DNA of 41,379 nt, filler included, from Squalus acanthias (Eukaryota): NCBI GenBank assembly GCA_030390025.1. It is 2 parts of 2 records of this genome, joined end to end, with 100 filler letters (N's around TTAATTAATTAA, not from the genome) between each part and the next. Parts side by side here need not be neighbours in the genome. Positions count along the whole stretch, not along the records: positions 1 to 13,806 come from JASTWF010002949.1; 1 more part is not named here. The stretch is one strand, 5' to 3'. Below, one piece after another: positions 1 through 12,640 of this stretch; position 1 is the first letter of the stretch, and each line of letters starts with the position of its first letter. Position numbers and translations under genes: made by a program. The notes beneath the pieces were generated by a model, which saw only the letters and a program-made list of their open reading frames with translations, made no database searches and was not told the DNA's origin.

Positions 1-199
1 CCCCATCAAACTGTTTAGCATTTATACAAAGACGTACTCAACACAAATGAACAACCATCAGACCAGCAATCATCCTCCACTTAACAAATATTTAATATTG
101 TTAAAGGCCATCTCCTGCCATTAAAGTTAACGATCTTAACAAGCCCACCAGAATTAAACAAAGCACTGGGAAGATTTGGCGGGCAAATAAGGAACAATC

Positions 200-1050
200 G
201 AACAGTATAACTTTAGACACCCTAGTCCACTCCTCTACCACCCCCAGCACCCCTTCCCCTTCGCCCGGCACCTTCCCGTGCACGCGCAGGAGATGCAACA
301 CATGCCCTTATACCTCCCCTCTTCCCACTGTCCAGGGCCCCAAACACCCCTTCCAGGTGAAACAGCGATTTACTTGTACTTCCTGCAATTTAGTATACTG
401 TATTCGCTGCTCACGATGTGGACTCCTCTACATTGGGGAGACCAAACGCAGATTGGGTGACCGCTTTGCGGAACACCTCCGTTCAGTCCGTAAGGGGGAC
501 CCCGAGCTCCCGGTGGCCTGTCACTTTAATTCACCGCTTCACTCCCACTCTGACCTCACCGTCCTCGGCCTAATACACTGTTCCACGGAAGCTCAGCGTA
601 AGCTCGAGGAACAGCACCTCATCTTTCGTTTAGGCACGCTACAGCCCTCTGGACTCAATATCGAGTTCAACAATTTTAGATCATAACCTCAGCTCCAATC
701 ACATTTATATTTTATTTTATCCACCCTTTTATTTGTCCCCCCCACCTTTTTTTCCTCCTAGAAGCTGGCAGCTGTCCTTCATTCTGCCAGTAGATTTCAC
801 ACTTCATTCAGCCTTAATCTGTCACATTAACACCACCTCTAGCCTTGCATATCTCTTAATGTCTCTTCATCTCCTCTTTTGTTCCTTTATCCCCTCCCCC
901 TTTTCCCAGCTTTACCCTGGCCTTAAATCTATTTGATTTCCAGCTCTTCCCAGTTCTGATGAAAGGTCATCGACCTGAAACGTCAACTCTCTTTCTCTCT
1001 CTACGGATGCTGCCTGGCCTGCTGAGTTTTTCCAGCGTTTTCTGTTGTTA
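200..1050 (+). mobile_element. Penelope-like retroelement, 3' fragment (GIY-YIG endonuclease C-terminus plus 3' pseudo-LTR)
   Basis: ORF 357-686 has LVYCIRC..CGLLYIGET.RRL..RF.EH and ends ...GLN, typical of the PLE GIY-YIG domain. It is followed by a pyrimidine-rich 3' region with a hammerhead core. Boundaries are approximate. Confidence 0.88.
956..985 (+). ncRNA. Minimal hammerhead ribozyme motif in Penelope pseudo-LTR
   Basis: CTGATGA (956-962), stem II AGGTC-ATC-GACCT, GAAA (977-980), then CGTC. Confidence 0.65.
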
Positions 1051-1754
1051 TTTAGTATAACTTTAGAGTTCTACAAGCCGGGGTGCTACAGAGACCTGTG
1101 CTGGAAGAAGCGGGAGTTCCACAGAGACGAGATGAGCAGTTTTGCAGCCTAGCAGTTTAAAAAACAAGCTGTTCAAGTGACACAGACAGGCTACAAGCAG
1201 GACAGCTGAAGCACAGGAGTTCTCCAGTACACAGTTCAACAGAAACAAGACCGTTCAACAAAGAAGGCCAGCTGCTCCAGAAACAGACCGACACGCAAGA
1301 AACCAGAGCAACGGTTCCAGTGACCATCAAACACCTCGAGGCACAAGGGCCTTATGAAACTTTTTACTTAAAAGGACTTTAAACCGTATCTCAACTGTCA
1401 AAGGATTCGTTTGGTGAGCATTATCCCGGGTCCTCAAGAGTCTAACTTAGCTAGTAAAGTGGGGTTGGGAGGGGTGAGGTATTGTTCTACTGTCATTTCC
1501 CTCGTTTGTACCGAAGTTAAGATTGACATGTTACGTTTCATCTCTGTTAAATAAACATTGGTTTTCCTCGCACCAATCCACGGGTCTGTTCGTTTGTCCT
1601 TATCGCCGCTCGATAAGTCCTGCGCTCAGAACTAATAAGGGGATAGCGATTTGCAACCGCACAGCGGGCAGTACAGTCCAGGAAAACATAACTGGCTGAC
1701 CTACAAATAAGCCCGAGACAAAAAACCCTTACAGTCGAGGCAGGAACCCTAACC

Positions 1755-2240
1755 ACATTTAAAAAGTACTTGGATGTGCACTTGGGATGCTCTAACCTGC
1801 AGGGCTACGGACCAAGAGCTGGGAAGTGGGATTAGGATGGATAGCTCTTTGTTGGCCGGCGCGGACACGATGGGCCGAAATGGCCTCCTTCCGTGCTGTA
1901 ACATTCTATGATTCTATGAATACTCCAGCTGGGGCCGAACTAGTGTTTTATAAAGGCTTAGCATAACTTCCTATTTATAAAGCCCAGGATCCCATGTGCT
2001 TTATTAACTGCTATATTAACCTGTTCTGCCACCTTCAGAGATTTGTGCACAAACACCCACAGGTCTCTCTCTTCTTACACCCCCTTTAACCTTGTACCAT
2101 TTCGCTTGTATTGTCTCTCCTCATTCTTCCGAACAAAATGGATCACCTCACACTTTTGTGTTGAATTTCATCTGCCATGTGTCCGCCCATTCCACCAGCT
2201 AGTCTGTGTCTTCCTGAAGTCTACTACGATCTTCTTCATA
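1755..2240. mobile_element. Two CR1-type LINE fragments (plus-strand 3' end ~1755-1920, minus-strand piece ~1920-2240)
   Basis: CR1 3'UTR motif gatgggccgaaatggcctccttc and an (ATTCTATG)n tail. The minus piece resembles the other CR1 copies in the window. Confidence 0.7.
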
Positions 2241-2439
2241 AAATGCTTAAATAAGTAGATCGACATGAAATGGCAGCTTTAAGGGAATGATAATAGTGAT
2301 GTATCAAAAGAGGTTCTTCTCCCTTAAGTTGGGAAGTATTGAAATACAAAGAATTAACTCTTAAATCACTGTAGATAACCTCGTTAACTGTTAGAAGGCC
2401 TCAACGTTAACTGTTAACTTATATAATTGCAGCTGTTGA

Positions 2440-3540
2440 TGATTCTGCCATCGCCATTTACATCTCATCTAGAGACATCTTTTGTTTCTTAACTTGTCCC
2501 ATGACCATCTCCTTTTGCCTTGCACCATCATCCCTTTTGTCTTTTAATCTCTCCTGCCTTCCATCCTATCACAGACCTTCCCTTTTGTTCTTTCCTCCCC
2601 TCCCCCTTTCCCATCACTTGCTTAAAAATCTGTTACATCTCCAACTTTTTCCAGTTCTGACGAACGGTCATTGACCTGAAACGTTGGGCCAAAAATTCGG
2701 CCCTTCCCAGGTGAGTACACAGTCCGTACTCACCCGTAATGCGTCCCGAAGTGCCGGTTTCCTGCATGCGCGGGAAACCGGAACTTCCGGTATGGTGAAG
2801 GGGGCGGTTCCTAGGTGAACCGCGTGCGCGGTAGAGGCTGCGCGCACGCAGCAAACTTAGATTTTTTTTCAGGTTTCTACGCGAGGGTGAGTATTGAAGA
2901 AACTACGCTATTAAAAAGGAGGCGCAAGACCCGTTTTCAACAAGGTAAGTGGTTAATTAAGTATAATTTTAAATTTTTTTCACAGGTTTATCTTTTTTTA
3001 GATACTTTAAAGAAAGGTAAGTTTATTTTTATCACTTTTAAAAAGTATTTTAATTTTTTCAAAATTTAAATTTTTGTTTAAAGTGGTTAATTTATTTAAC
3101 TATCGTTATTTTATAAATGTGATGGGTTTTTAAAAAAATTTATTTTAAGTTTAGCTGTTCTTTTGGGGCCGATTTCAATTCACAGATTTGACAGGTCTCC
3201 TGTCAAATCTATGAATGAAAGATGGTCTGCTGCCATTGGCTCTCCATGGCCCACGTGATCCCAGGGGTCGCATCGCACTAACTGCGCCCCTGGGACACGC
3301 AAGCACTGCACGCTGGCTCTTGGAGCAGGACCAGGAGCTGAAGTTCCCGTGGGCCCAAAACACAACGGCAGGCACGGTAGGTAAGAGCGCGCGCGATCCT
3401 TACCCCCGCGGCAAGCCGGAGAGGCGAATTTCTGGGCCTATAACTCTGTTTCTCTCCACAGATGCTGCCTGACCTGCTGAGTATTTCTAGCATTTCCTGT
3501 TTTTTTCAGATTTCCAGCATCCGCAGTATTTTGCTTTTAT
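2440..3540 (+). mobile_element. Penelope pseudo-LTR remnant split by an inserted element
   Basis: CTGACGA..GGTC-ATT-GACC..GAAACGTT (2657-2685) resumes at ~3441 as taactctgtttctctccacagatgctgcctgacctgctgag, matching the uninterrupted copy at 985-1040. Confidence 0.7.
2686..3438. mobile_element. Non-autonomous DNA element (MITE-like, possibly PIF/Harbinger type)
   Basis: Imperfect terminal inverted repeats: left GGGCCAAAAATTCG, right (reverse complement) GGCCCAGAAATTCG. AT-rich core, inserted at a TTAA/TA site, no coding potential. Confidence 0.55.
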
Positions 3541-3839
3541 AGAATTGCATGCTTTGACAGTCGATTGGAGGGAGGTCATGCCTAACTCTAGGCAAACAAG
3601 GACACAATAGTCTGTGCAAGATAATGGCTGGCTGAAACTAGACAGAGTGGAGACAAATGAGTTTCGGCTGATGCAAGAGCATGCTGTCCAGAGACCTGGA
3701 AATACCAACCTTGATTCTGGTAATTGTTGCTTGAATATTGTATGATTGATTCTGCTAATGTTACAATAAAGCCTCGTTATACCCAATTGGGATCGCCAAG
3801 CTGAATCACTGACAGGATAACCTGGGGCAGAGTGCCCCT

Positions 3840-5080
3840 CACAGGCCTAACCAGTGATTTATAAAGGCTCAGCATAACTTCCTTGCTTTTGTACTCTATG
3901 CCTCCATTTATAAAGCCAAGGATCCTGTAACCTTTTTTAAAAAAAACACTGATGAACTTGTCCTGTCATCTTGAAAGATTTGTATTCGTGAACCCCAGGT
4001 CTCTGTTCCTGCACCCCCTTTAAAATTGTACCATTTAGTTCATATTGCCCCTCCTCATTCTCCCTACCACCATTTTGTGTCATCTGAAAACTTTGATATA
4101 TATTAATGAATTGGGCTTGGGTATACAGGGCATAATTTCAAGGAGCAGTGGTCCCAATACCGACCCCTGGGGGACACCACTCTATACGTCGCTCCAATCT
4201 GAAAAACAATCGTTCACTGCTACTCTCTGCTTTCTGTCTCATTTCGTATTCATGCTGCCACTGCCCCTTTAATCCCATGGGCTTCAATTTTGCTAACAAA
4301 TTTATTATGTGGCACCTTATCAAATGCCTTTTGAAAGTCCATATACACATCAACCGCACTACCCTCATCAACCCTCTCCGTTACTTTAAAGAACTCAATC
4401 AAGTTAGTCAAACACGATTTGCCTTTAACAAATCCGTGTTGGTTGTCATTGATTAACCCATATTTTTCCAAGTGACAGTATATTTTGTCCTGGATTAGAG
4501 TCTCTAGCAGTTTCCCAACCACCGACATCAGGCTGACTGTCCTGTAGTTGCCGGGTTTATTCCTCTCCCCTTTTTTGAACAGGGGTGTAACATTTGCAAT
4601 CCTCCAGTCCTCTGGCACCATCCCCATATCGAAGAGGATTAAAAGATTGTGGCCAGAACCTCTGCAATTTCCACCCTTACTTTCCTCAGTCACCTCGGAT
4701 GCATCCCATCCGGACCAGGTGACTTTTCTACTTTGAGTGCTGCCAACCTTTTAAGTACCTCCCCATTATCTTTTTTTATCCCATCCAATTTCTCTCGTGC
4801 CCTCCTTTACTGTGACATTGTCAGCATCCTCACCTGTGAAGATGCAAAGTACTCATTTAACCTTCGCTTAATGATCCCCCATGTGGCAAACTTTCCGAAA
4901 GTCCATGTGCACTACATCCACCGCATTTCCCCATCACCATGTCTGCTACTTCTTCAAAGAATTCTGTGAGCTTTGGCAAGTATGATCTTCCCTCCTGAAA
5001 TCTGTGTTGGCTACTTATTTATTATTACCTCTTCACCTAGAAACCTGGTAATTTCATCCTTAAAATAATGTTCCCACCAT
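3840..5080 (-). mobile_element. Fragmented CR1 LINE ORF2 (reverse transcriptase) pieces
   Basis: ORF 4250-4693: VPEDWRIANVTPLFKKG...NYR.VSL.SVVGKLLE...QHGFVKGKSCLTNL.EFF...[13 protein letters not shown]. Confidence 0.88.
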
Positions 5081-5104
5081 TAGATGCATTAGACAGAGAC
5101 AGGA

Positions 5105-5894
5105 AGTAGAGTACAAACCTCATTTATTATTGGATTTCAGCAAAGACAAAATTACAGGTAAAGAGCCCATTTGCAAAGCACAACCCCCCCCCCCCCCCCC
5201 CAAAATAATCTCTGATCATAGGCTCCCTGATCTCCCAGCAATCAAAACCTCCCCCCATTTCAACAAGTGGGTCAGTGCCTCACATCCCCCCCAGGACTGA
5301 AGGTCTCATGGAGCAGTTCGCCCCCACCTCTCGCCACTCCAGGATGGTCTCGGGAACCCTACCCCCCATGACTGTCTCGGGGGAACCCCCCCACCAGGCC
5401 TGTCTCGGGGAACGGCCAGGGGGCAGGCTGTGTGGGCTCCACAGTTGGTCAAGGGCCAGTTGGACTGAGTGCGAGTGGATTTCGAGTCCCAGTTAGCACA
5501 TCTGACAACCAGAAACTGAGAGGGGATGAGATGAAGATCAGGGTCATTCTCCCATGGAACCCGCTCCCCCATCTCAGGGATAATTAAAGAGATTTAACTT
5601 TTAAAAAGCAACAGTGGAAACAAGCCCCGCAGTGAAACCAGTGAATGATTCGACATCCCAGAGAATGTGCAGAGTAAACAATACAGATCAAAGCTCCAAT
5701 CACCAGGCTCCCAATGCAGAAAGCACACGCATGTAATAATCTACAACCCCACAGTTACAATTAAACAGTCACAGATGTAGAGCCGTCATCAGTCACTCGC
5801 CATCACCTCGATGAAAAGACACCCTCCCTGATTCTCTCATCAACTCCTCCCGCTGACTGAAGTCCCTGGAGTATCAGCGGGACACGGGGAGCCA
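5105..5894 (-). other. Probable non-coding 3'UTR exon of the MHC class I gene
   Basis: Minus-strand acceptor tttctcttctccAG at 5896-5895, non-repetitive sequence, AATAAA at 5128-5123. The preceding exon ends with a stop codon immediately followed by a GT donor, so a UTR exon is expected. The 3' end is inferred. Confidence 0.55.
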
Positions 5895-5929
5895 CTGGAG
5901 AAGAGAAATAAATAGATGGTTACAGAGCA

Positions 5930-6260
5930 AGGCAAACCCATCAGACCCACCCAAATACCAGCCGAAAACCCATCAGACCCACCAAATACCAGCAAAACCC
6001 ATCAGACCCACCCAAATACCAGCAACAAAACCCATCAGACCCACCCAAATACCAGCAACAAAACCCATCAGACCCACCCAAATACCAGCAGCAAAACCCA
6101 TCGGATCCACAACCCCCTCCCAACACCAGCAGCAAAACCCATCAGATCCACTCCCACCCCCAACACCAGCTGCAAAACCCATCAGCCCCACCCAAATACC
6201 AGCAACAAAACCCATCAGACCCACCCAAATACCAGCTGCAAAACCCATCAGCCCCCCCCT
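5930..6260. repeat. 33-bp minisatellite (aaaacccatcagacccacccaaataccagcaac)n in the last class I intron
   Basis: Visible tandem units, which produce the spurious THQTHPNTSNK ORF. Confidence 0.9.
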
Positions 6261-6635
6261 CCCCCAATAATGAATCCTGGGGGAGAGACAACACAAAACC
6301 TCATTGACCAATTTCAGGGAAACTCGACTCCCGTAAATGAAACTGAGCAGCTGACAGGAGGCCATGTCAGGGCGAGATGTTACCACGAGTGTTTACGCCC
6401 CCCCCAACCCCACGATATCTCCAGGCTCAGACTGTGCAGGACCAGCATCTCCAGAAGGCCAGTCTCAACGCTCAGTGTTGAATTGTATGAGCCGGTCTTT
6501 AACGCCTATACACGGAGAGACAGATACTGGGCTGGGATTCAACCCACGAGAGTGTAAAGTGAACACCAGCTGTAATATCCCAGCTCGAAGGCCAGGGAAG
6601 GATCTGCTCACACTATTGATCAATAATATTCATAC

Positions 6636-6683
6636 CTCAGGCAGTGGCGGAGGAGTTGGATGAGGATTCCCCTTTATCAGAAG
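6636..6683 (-). CDS. MHC class I heavy chain, second cytoplasmic exon (TSDKGESSSNSSATA*)
   Basis: ccattaacAG acceptor, 48 nt, TGA at 6639-6637, then G|GTATG donor. In frame with the previous exon and gives a Ser-rich class I tail. Confidence 0.88.
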
Positions 6684-6989
6684 CTGTTAATGGAAGGACA
6701 GGCGTTAAAAAACTGTTCACCATGAGAGAGAGAGACACAGAGACAAAGAGAGTGCCCTGCCATCAGAGAGGAAGAGAGAGAGAGAGAGAGAGAGAGAGAC
6801 AGCCCCGCCAGAGAGAGGCTGAGACAGGAGAAATTATTATGGGGAATTAGGAAATGGCAGAAACGTTGACAGATGCAAAATATTTGTTTTTCCACAGTAG
6901 AAGACTCAAAAAGCATACCAAAAATGGTGGGGAACCAAGGGTCTAATGAGGGTGAGGAACTTTACTTATATTTCTCTACTTATATTAAT

Positions 6990-8595
6990 TACGTTGAGAA
7001 AAATTACTAGAGAAACTAATGGGACTAAAAGCCGACAAATCCCCTGGACCTGACGACCTACATCCTAGGGTTCTAAAAGAGGTGGCTGAAGAGATAGTGG
7101 ATGCATCGGTTTTGATCTTCCAAAACTCCCTAGATTCTGAAACGGTCCCAGCGGATTGGAAGGTCGCAAATATAACACCGCTATTCGAGAAAGGAGGGAG
7201 AGAAAAAACAGGAAACTGCAGGCCAGTTAGCCTGACATCAGTTGTCGGGAAAATGCTGGAATCCATTGTTAAGGAAGTGGTATCAAGTCACTTAGAAAAT
7301 CATAACATGTTTAGGCAGAGTCAACATGGTTTTATGAACGGAAAATCGTGTGACAAATTTATTAGAGTTTTTTGAGGATGTAACTAACAGGGTAGATAAA
7401 GGGGAACCAGTGGATGTAGTATATTTGGATTTCCAAAAGGCATTCGATAAAGTGCCACATAAAAGATTATTATACAAGATTAGGACTCATGGGGTTGGGG
7501 GTAATATAGTAGCATGGATAGAGGATTGGTTAACAGATAGAAAACAGAGAGTAGGGATAAACGGATCTTTTTCAAGTTGGCAGGCTGTAACTAGTGGGGT
7601 GCCGCAAGGATCAGTGTTGGGGCCTCAGCTATTTACAATCTATATTAATGATCTAGATGAAGGGACCAAGTGTCCAAGTTTGCTGATACAAAGCGAGGTG
7701 GGACAGTAAGCTGTGAGGAGAACACAGAATCTGCAAAGGGATATAGATAGACTAAGTGAGTGGGCAGTAAGGTGGCAGATGGAGTATAATGTAGGGAAAT
7801 GAGGTTATTCACTTTGGTAGGAAGAATAGAAAAACAGAATATTTTTTAAATGGTGAGAAACTTTCAAATGTTGGTGTTCAGAGATTTGGGTGTCCTCGTG
7901 CAAGAAACACAGAAAGCTAGCATGCAGGTACAGCAAGCGATACGGAAGGCAAATGGCATGTTGACCTTTATTGCAAGGGGGTTGGAGTATAAGAGTAAGG
8001 AAGTCTTGCTACAATTGTACAGGGCCTTGGTGAGACCACACCTGGAATACTGTGCACAGTTTTGGTCTCCTTATCTAAGGAAGGATATACTTGCCTTGGA
8101 GGCAGTGCAATGAAGGTTCACTAGATTGATTCCTGGGCTGGGAGGGCTGTCCTATGATGATGTGTAGAATGGGCCGATACTCTCTGGAGTTTAGAAGAAT
8201 GAGAGGTGATCTCATTGAAACATACAAGATTCTGAAGGGGATTGACAGGGTAGATGCTGAGAGGTTGTTTCCCCTGGCTGGAGTGTCCAGAACTAGGGGG
8301 CATAGTCTCAGGATAAGGGGTAGGCCATTTAAGACTAAGATGAGGAGGAATTTCTTCACTCAGAGGGTTGTGAATCTTTGGAATTCTCTGCCCCAGAGGG
8401 CTGTGAATGCCGAGTCTTTGAGTATATTCAAGGCTGAGATCGATAGATTTTTGGACTCTAGGGGAATCAAGGGATATGGAGATCAGGGTGGAAAGTGGAG
8501 TTGAGGTCGATGATCAGCCATGATCTTATTGAATGGCGGAGCAGGCTCGAGGGGCTGTATGACCTACTCCTGCTCTTATTTCTTATGTTCTTATC
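6990..8595 (+). mobile_element. 5'-truncated, frameshifted CR1 LINE in a class I intron
   Basis: [42 protein letters not shown] and RRNFFTQRVVNLWNSLP motifs, plus a (TTCTTATG)n tail. Confidence 0.93.
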
Positions 8596-8597
8596 AT

Positions 8598-8660
8598 AGA
8601 GAGAGACTGCCCCGCCATCAGAGAGCCCCGCCATCAGAGAGGAAGAGAGACAGCCCCACC

Positions 8661-8694
<34 letters not shown>

Positions 8695-8960
8695 GAGAGA
8701 CAGCCCCGCCATCAGAGAGAGAAAGAGAGAGAGTGAGAGAGAGAGACAGCCCCGCCATCAGAGAGTGAGAGAGAGAGNNNNNNNNNNNNNNNNNNNNNNN
8801 NNNNNNNNNNNNNNNNNNNNNNNNNNNNNNNNNNNNNNNNNNNNNNNNNNNNNNNNNNNNNNNNNNNNNNNNNNNNNNNNNNNNNNNNNNNNNNNNNNNN
8901 NNNNNNNNNNNNNNNNNNNNNNNNNNNNNNCAGAGAGACTCCTTCACCATCAGACAGAGA
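8598..8960. repeat. (GA)n / cagccccgccatcagagag repeat region containing an N gap (8778-8930)
   Basis: Seen directly. Confidence 0.85.
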
Positions 8961-9019
8961 CAGACAGACACACCCACACAGTTAAGTGAAGATCTAGTTG
9001 TGGTTCGAGGTAAACTTAC

Positions 9020-9052
9020 TCTTTGTAGGATTGTAGCCGCTCTTCTTCTCCG
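9020..9052 (-). CDS. MHC class I heavy chain, first cytoplasmic exon (AEKKSGYNPTK)
   Basis: ttgttttacAG acceptor, GTAAG donor, 33 nt, phase 1-1. Carries the conserved class I cytoplasmic Tyr. Confidence 0.88.
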
Positions 9053-9139
9053 CTGTAAAACAAGGAACCCTCAGTTAGTGACGCCGGAGAGGAGAAACTC
9101 CGAGGGAAAGGGAGAGATGGTGACTCTCCAACTATCCCC

Positions 9140-9320
9140 CCCACCCCCACACACCCTGGAACCCCCACTCACTCCCTCTCCACCCCCGCACACACCCTGG
9201 AACCCCCACTCACTCCCTCCCCACCCCCGCACACACCCTGGAACCCCCACTCACTCCCTCCCCACCCCCGCACACACCCTGGAACCCCCACTCACTCCCT
9301 CCCCACCCCCGCACACACCC
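9140..9320. repeat. 41-bp C-rich minisatellite, about 4.5 copies
   Basis: acaccctggaaccccc recurs at 9151, 9192, 9233 and 9274. Confidence 0.9.
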
Positions 9321-9400
9321 CATTCTTGCCCCCCCACTTCCTGCGCCCAGAAGCCCCCCCACCCCCAGTGAGGACCTGCCCATTTTCTCCCAATTCCTAC

Positions 9401-9505
9401 CTTTCTTCTTGTAGATGACGAAAGCCACAACGGCGAGAGCAATGAGCAGCACAATCCCAAGCACAACACCGATAATAACAGGGACCAGGGAGCCAGCCTC
9501 CCGCA
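9401..9505 (-). CDS. MHC class I heavy chain, connecting peptide/transmembrane exon (VREAGSLVPVIIGVVLGIVLLIALAVVAFVIYKKK)
   Basis: ctctctaacAG acceptor, GTAGG donor, 105 nt, phase 1-1. Hydrophobic helix followed by a basic stop-transfer sequence. Confidence 0.9.
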
Positions 9506-9559
9506 CTGTTAGAGAGAATGAGAGAGAGTGTCACACTTCAGGGTTCAGAGAGCAAGAGA

Positions 9560-12406
9560 GACAGTAAAATCCCAGGATACTCCGGGCCCTCGCACTGTAA
9601 TATCCCAGGATACACCGGGCCCCAGTACTGTAATATCCCAGGATACACCGGGCCCCATCACACTAATATCCCAGGATACACCGGGCCCCGTCACACAGTA
9701 ATATCCCAGGATACACCGGGCCCTCGCACTGTAATATCCCAGGATACACCGGGCCCTGTCGTACTGTAATATCCCAGGATACACCGGGCCCCGTCACACA
9801 GTAATATCCCAGGATACACCGGGCCCTCGCACTGTAATATCCCAGGATACACCGGGCCCTCGTACTGTAATATCCCAGGATACACCGGGCCCTCGTACTG
9901 TAATATCCCAGGATACACCGGGCCCTCGTACTGTAATATCCCAGGATACACCGGGCCCTCATACTGTAATATCCCAGGATACACCGGGCCCTGTCGTACT
10001 GTAATATCCCAGGATACACCGGGCCCTGTCGTACTGTAATATCCCAGGATACACCGGGCCCTGTCGTACTGTAATATCCCAGGATACACCGGGCCCTGTC
10101 GTACTGTAATATCCCAGGATACACCGGGCCCTGTCGTACTGTAATATCCCAGGATACACCGGGCCCTCATAATGTAATATCCCAGGATACACCGGGCCCC
10201 GTCGTACTGTAATATCCCAGGATACACCGGGCCCCGTCGTACTGTAATATCCCAGGATACACCGGGCCCTGTCGTACTGTAATATCCCAGGATACACCGG
10301 GCCCCGTCGCACTGTAATATCCCAGGATACACCGGGCCCCGTCGCACTGTAATATCCCAGGATACACCGGGCCCTGTCGCACTGTAATATCCCAGGATAC
10401 ACCGGGCCCTGTCGCACTGTAATATCCCAGGATACACCGGGCCCTGTCGTACTGTAATATCCCAGGATACACCGGGCCCGTCGTACTGTAATATCCCAGG
10501 ATACACCGGGCCCCGTCGTACTGTAATATCCCAGGATACACCGGGCCCCGTCGTACTGTAATATCCCAGGATACACCGGGCCCTGTCGTACTGTAATATC
10601 CCAGGATACACCGGGTCCTGTCGTACTGTAATATCCCTGGATACACCGGGCATTGTCGTACTGTAATATCCCAGGATACACCGGGCCCCGTCGTACTGTA
10701 ATATCCCAGGATACACCGGGCCCTGTCGTACTGTAATATCCCAGGATACACCGGGCCCTGTCGTACTGTAATATCCCAGGATACACCGGGCCCTGTCGTA
10801 CTGTAATATCCCAGGATACACCGGGCCCTCGCACTGTAATATCCCAGGATACACCGGGCCCTCGTACTGTAATATCCCAGGATACACCGGGCCCTCGTAC
10901 TGTAATATCCCAGGATACACCGGGCCCTCGCACTGTAATATCCCAGGATACACCGGGCCCTGTCGCACTGTAATATCCCAGGATACACCGGGTCCTGTCG
11001 TACTGTAATATCCCAGGATACACCGGGCCCTCGCACTGTAATATCCCAGGATACACCGGGCCCCGTCGTACTGTAATATCCCAGGATACACCGGGTCATC
11101 GTACTGTAATATCCCAGGATACACCGGGCCCCGTCGTACTGTAATATCCCAGGATACACCGGGCCCTGTCGCACTGTAATATCCCAGGATACACCGGGTC
11201 CTCGTACAGTAATATCCCAGGATACACCGGGCCCTGTCGTACTGTAATATCCCAGGATACACCGGGCCCTCACACTGTAATATCCCAGGATACACCGGGC
11301 CCTGTCGTACTGTAATATCCCAGGATACACCGGGCCCCGTCACACAGTAATATCCCAGGATACACCGGGTCCTGTCGTACTGTAATATCCCAGGATACAC
11401 TGGGCCCTGTCGCACTGTAATATCCCAGGATACACCGGGCCCTGTCGTACTGTAATATCCCAGGTTACACCAGGCCCTCGCACTGTAATATCCCAGGATA
11501 CACCGGGCCCTCGCACTGTAATATCCCAGGATACACCGGGCCCTGTCGCACTGTAATATCCCAGGATACATCGGGCCCTGTCGCACTGTAATATCCCAGG
11601 ATACACCGGGCCCTGTCGTACTGTAATATCCCAGGTTACACCGGGACCTATCGCACTGTAATATCCCAGGATACACCGGGCCCTGTCGCACTGTAATATC
11701 CCAGGATACACCGGGCCCTGTCGTATTTTAATATCCCAGGATACACCGGGCCCTGTCGCACTGTAATATCCCAGGATACACCGGGCCCTGTCGTACTGTA
11801 ATATCCCAGGATACACTGGGTCCCATCACACTAATATCCCAGGATACACCGGGCCCCATCACACTAATATCCCAGGATACACCGGGCCCTGTCGTACTGT
11901 AATATCCCAGGATACACCGGGCCCTGTCGTACTGTAATATCCCAGGATACACCGGGCCCTGTCGTACTGTAATATCCCAGGATACACCGGGCCCTGTCGT
12001 ACTGTAATATCCCAGGATACACCGGGCCCCGTCGTACTGTAATATCCCGGGATACACCGGGCCCTGTCGTACTGTAATATCCCAGGATACACCGGGCCCC
12101 GTCGTACTGTAATATCCCGGGATACACCGGGCCCTGTCGCACTGTAATATCCCAGGATACACCGGGCCCTCGTACTGTAATATCCAAGGATACACCGGGC
12201 CCTGTCGTACTGCAATATCCCAGGATACACCGGGCCCTGTCGTACTGTAATATCCCAGGATACACCGGGCCCTGTCGTACTGCAATATCCCAGGATACAC
12301 CGGGCCCTGTCGTACTGTAATATCCCAGGATACACCGGGCCCTCGCGCTGTAATATCCCAGGATACACCGGGCCCTCGCGCTGTAATATCCCAGGATACA
12401 CCGGGC
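9560..12406. repeat. Large 33/35-bp minisatellite (actgtaatatcccaggatacaccgggccc[tg]tcgt)n, roughly 80 copies
   Basis: Homogeneous head-to-tail units with no unique spacers. It is the source of all the RARCILGYY/GPVYPGILQ ORFs. Confidence 0.97.
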
Positions 12407-12640
12407 TGGGCCCTCTTGTACTGAGGATGGTTGTGTTTCCAGAACTGTTTCTACATCAAACACACCTCCCTCTTCTCATCCAAACTAATACTGTCCACAG
12501 TTCTGTGCCTTTCCCGCCCCAGTTTTCACAGTCCCCGCTCCATTACTGCCTTCCATATAAATGGTGTGAGGATCACCCTCTGAAATAGGACCTGGATCCA
12601 TTGAAAAAGCTAGCAGTTATTTCCCTGCATCAGATACCCG

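Noticed and set aside
1060-1756. Possible solo LTR (AATAAA, ends in ACA)
   Set aside because: No second copy, TSD or primer-binding site was identifiable by eye.
5916-6557. 213-aa ORF
   Set aside because: In-frame translation of a 33-bp intronic minisatellite antisense to the class I gene.
9545-12463. Long ORFs (up to 666 aa) and a CRISPR-like periodicity
   Set aside because: Head-to-tail 33/35-bp minisatellite with no unique spacers, inside a eukaryotic intron. The ORFs are repeat translations.
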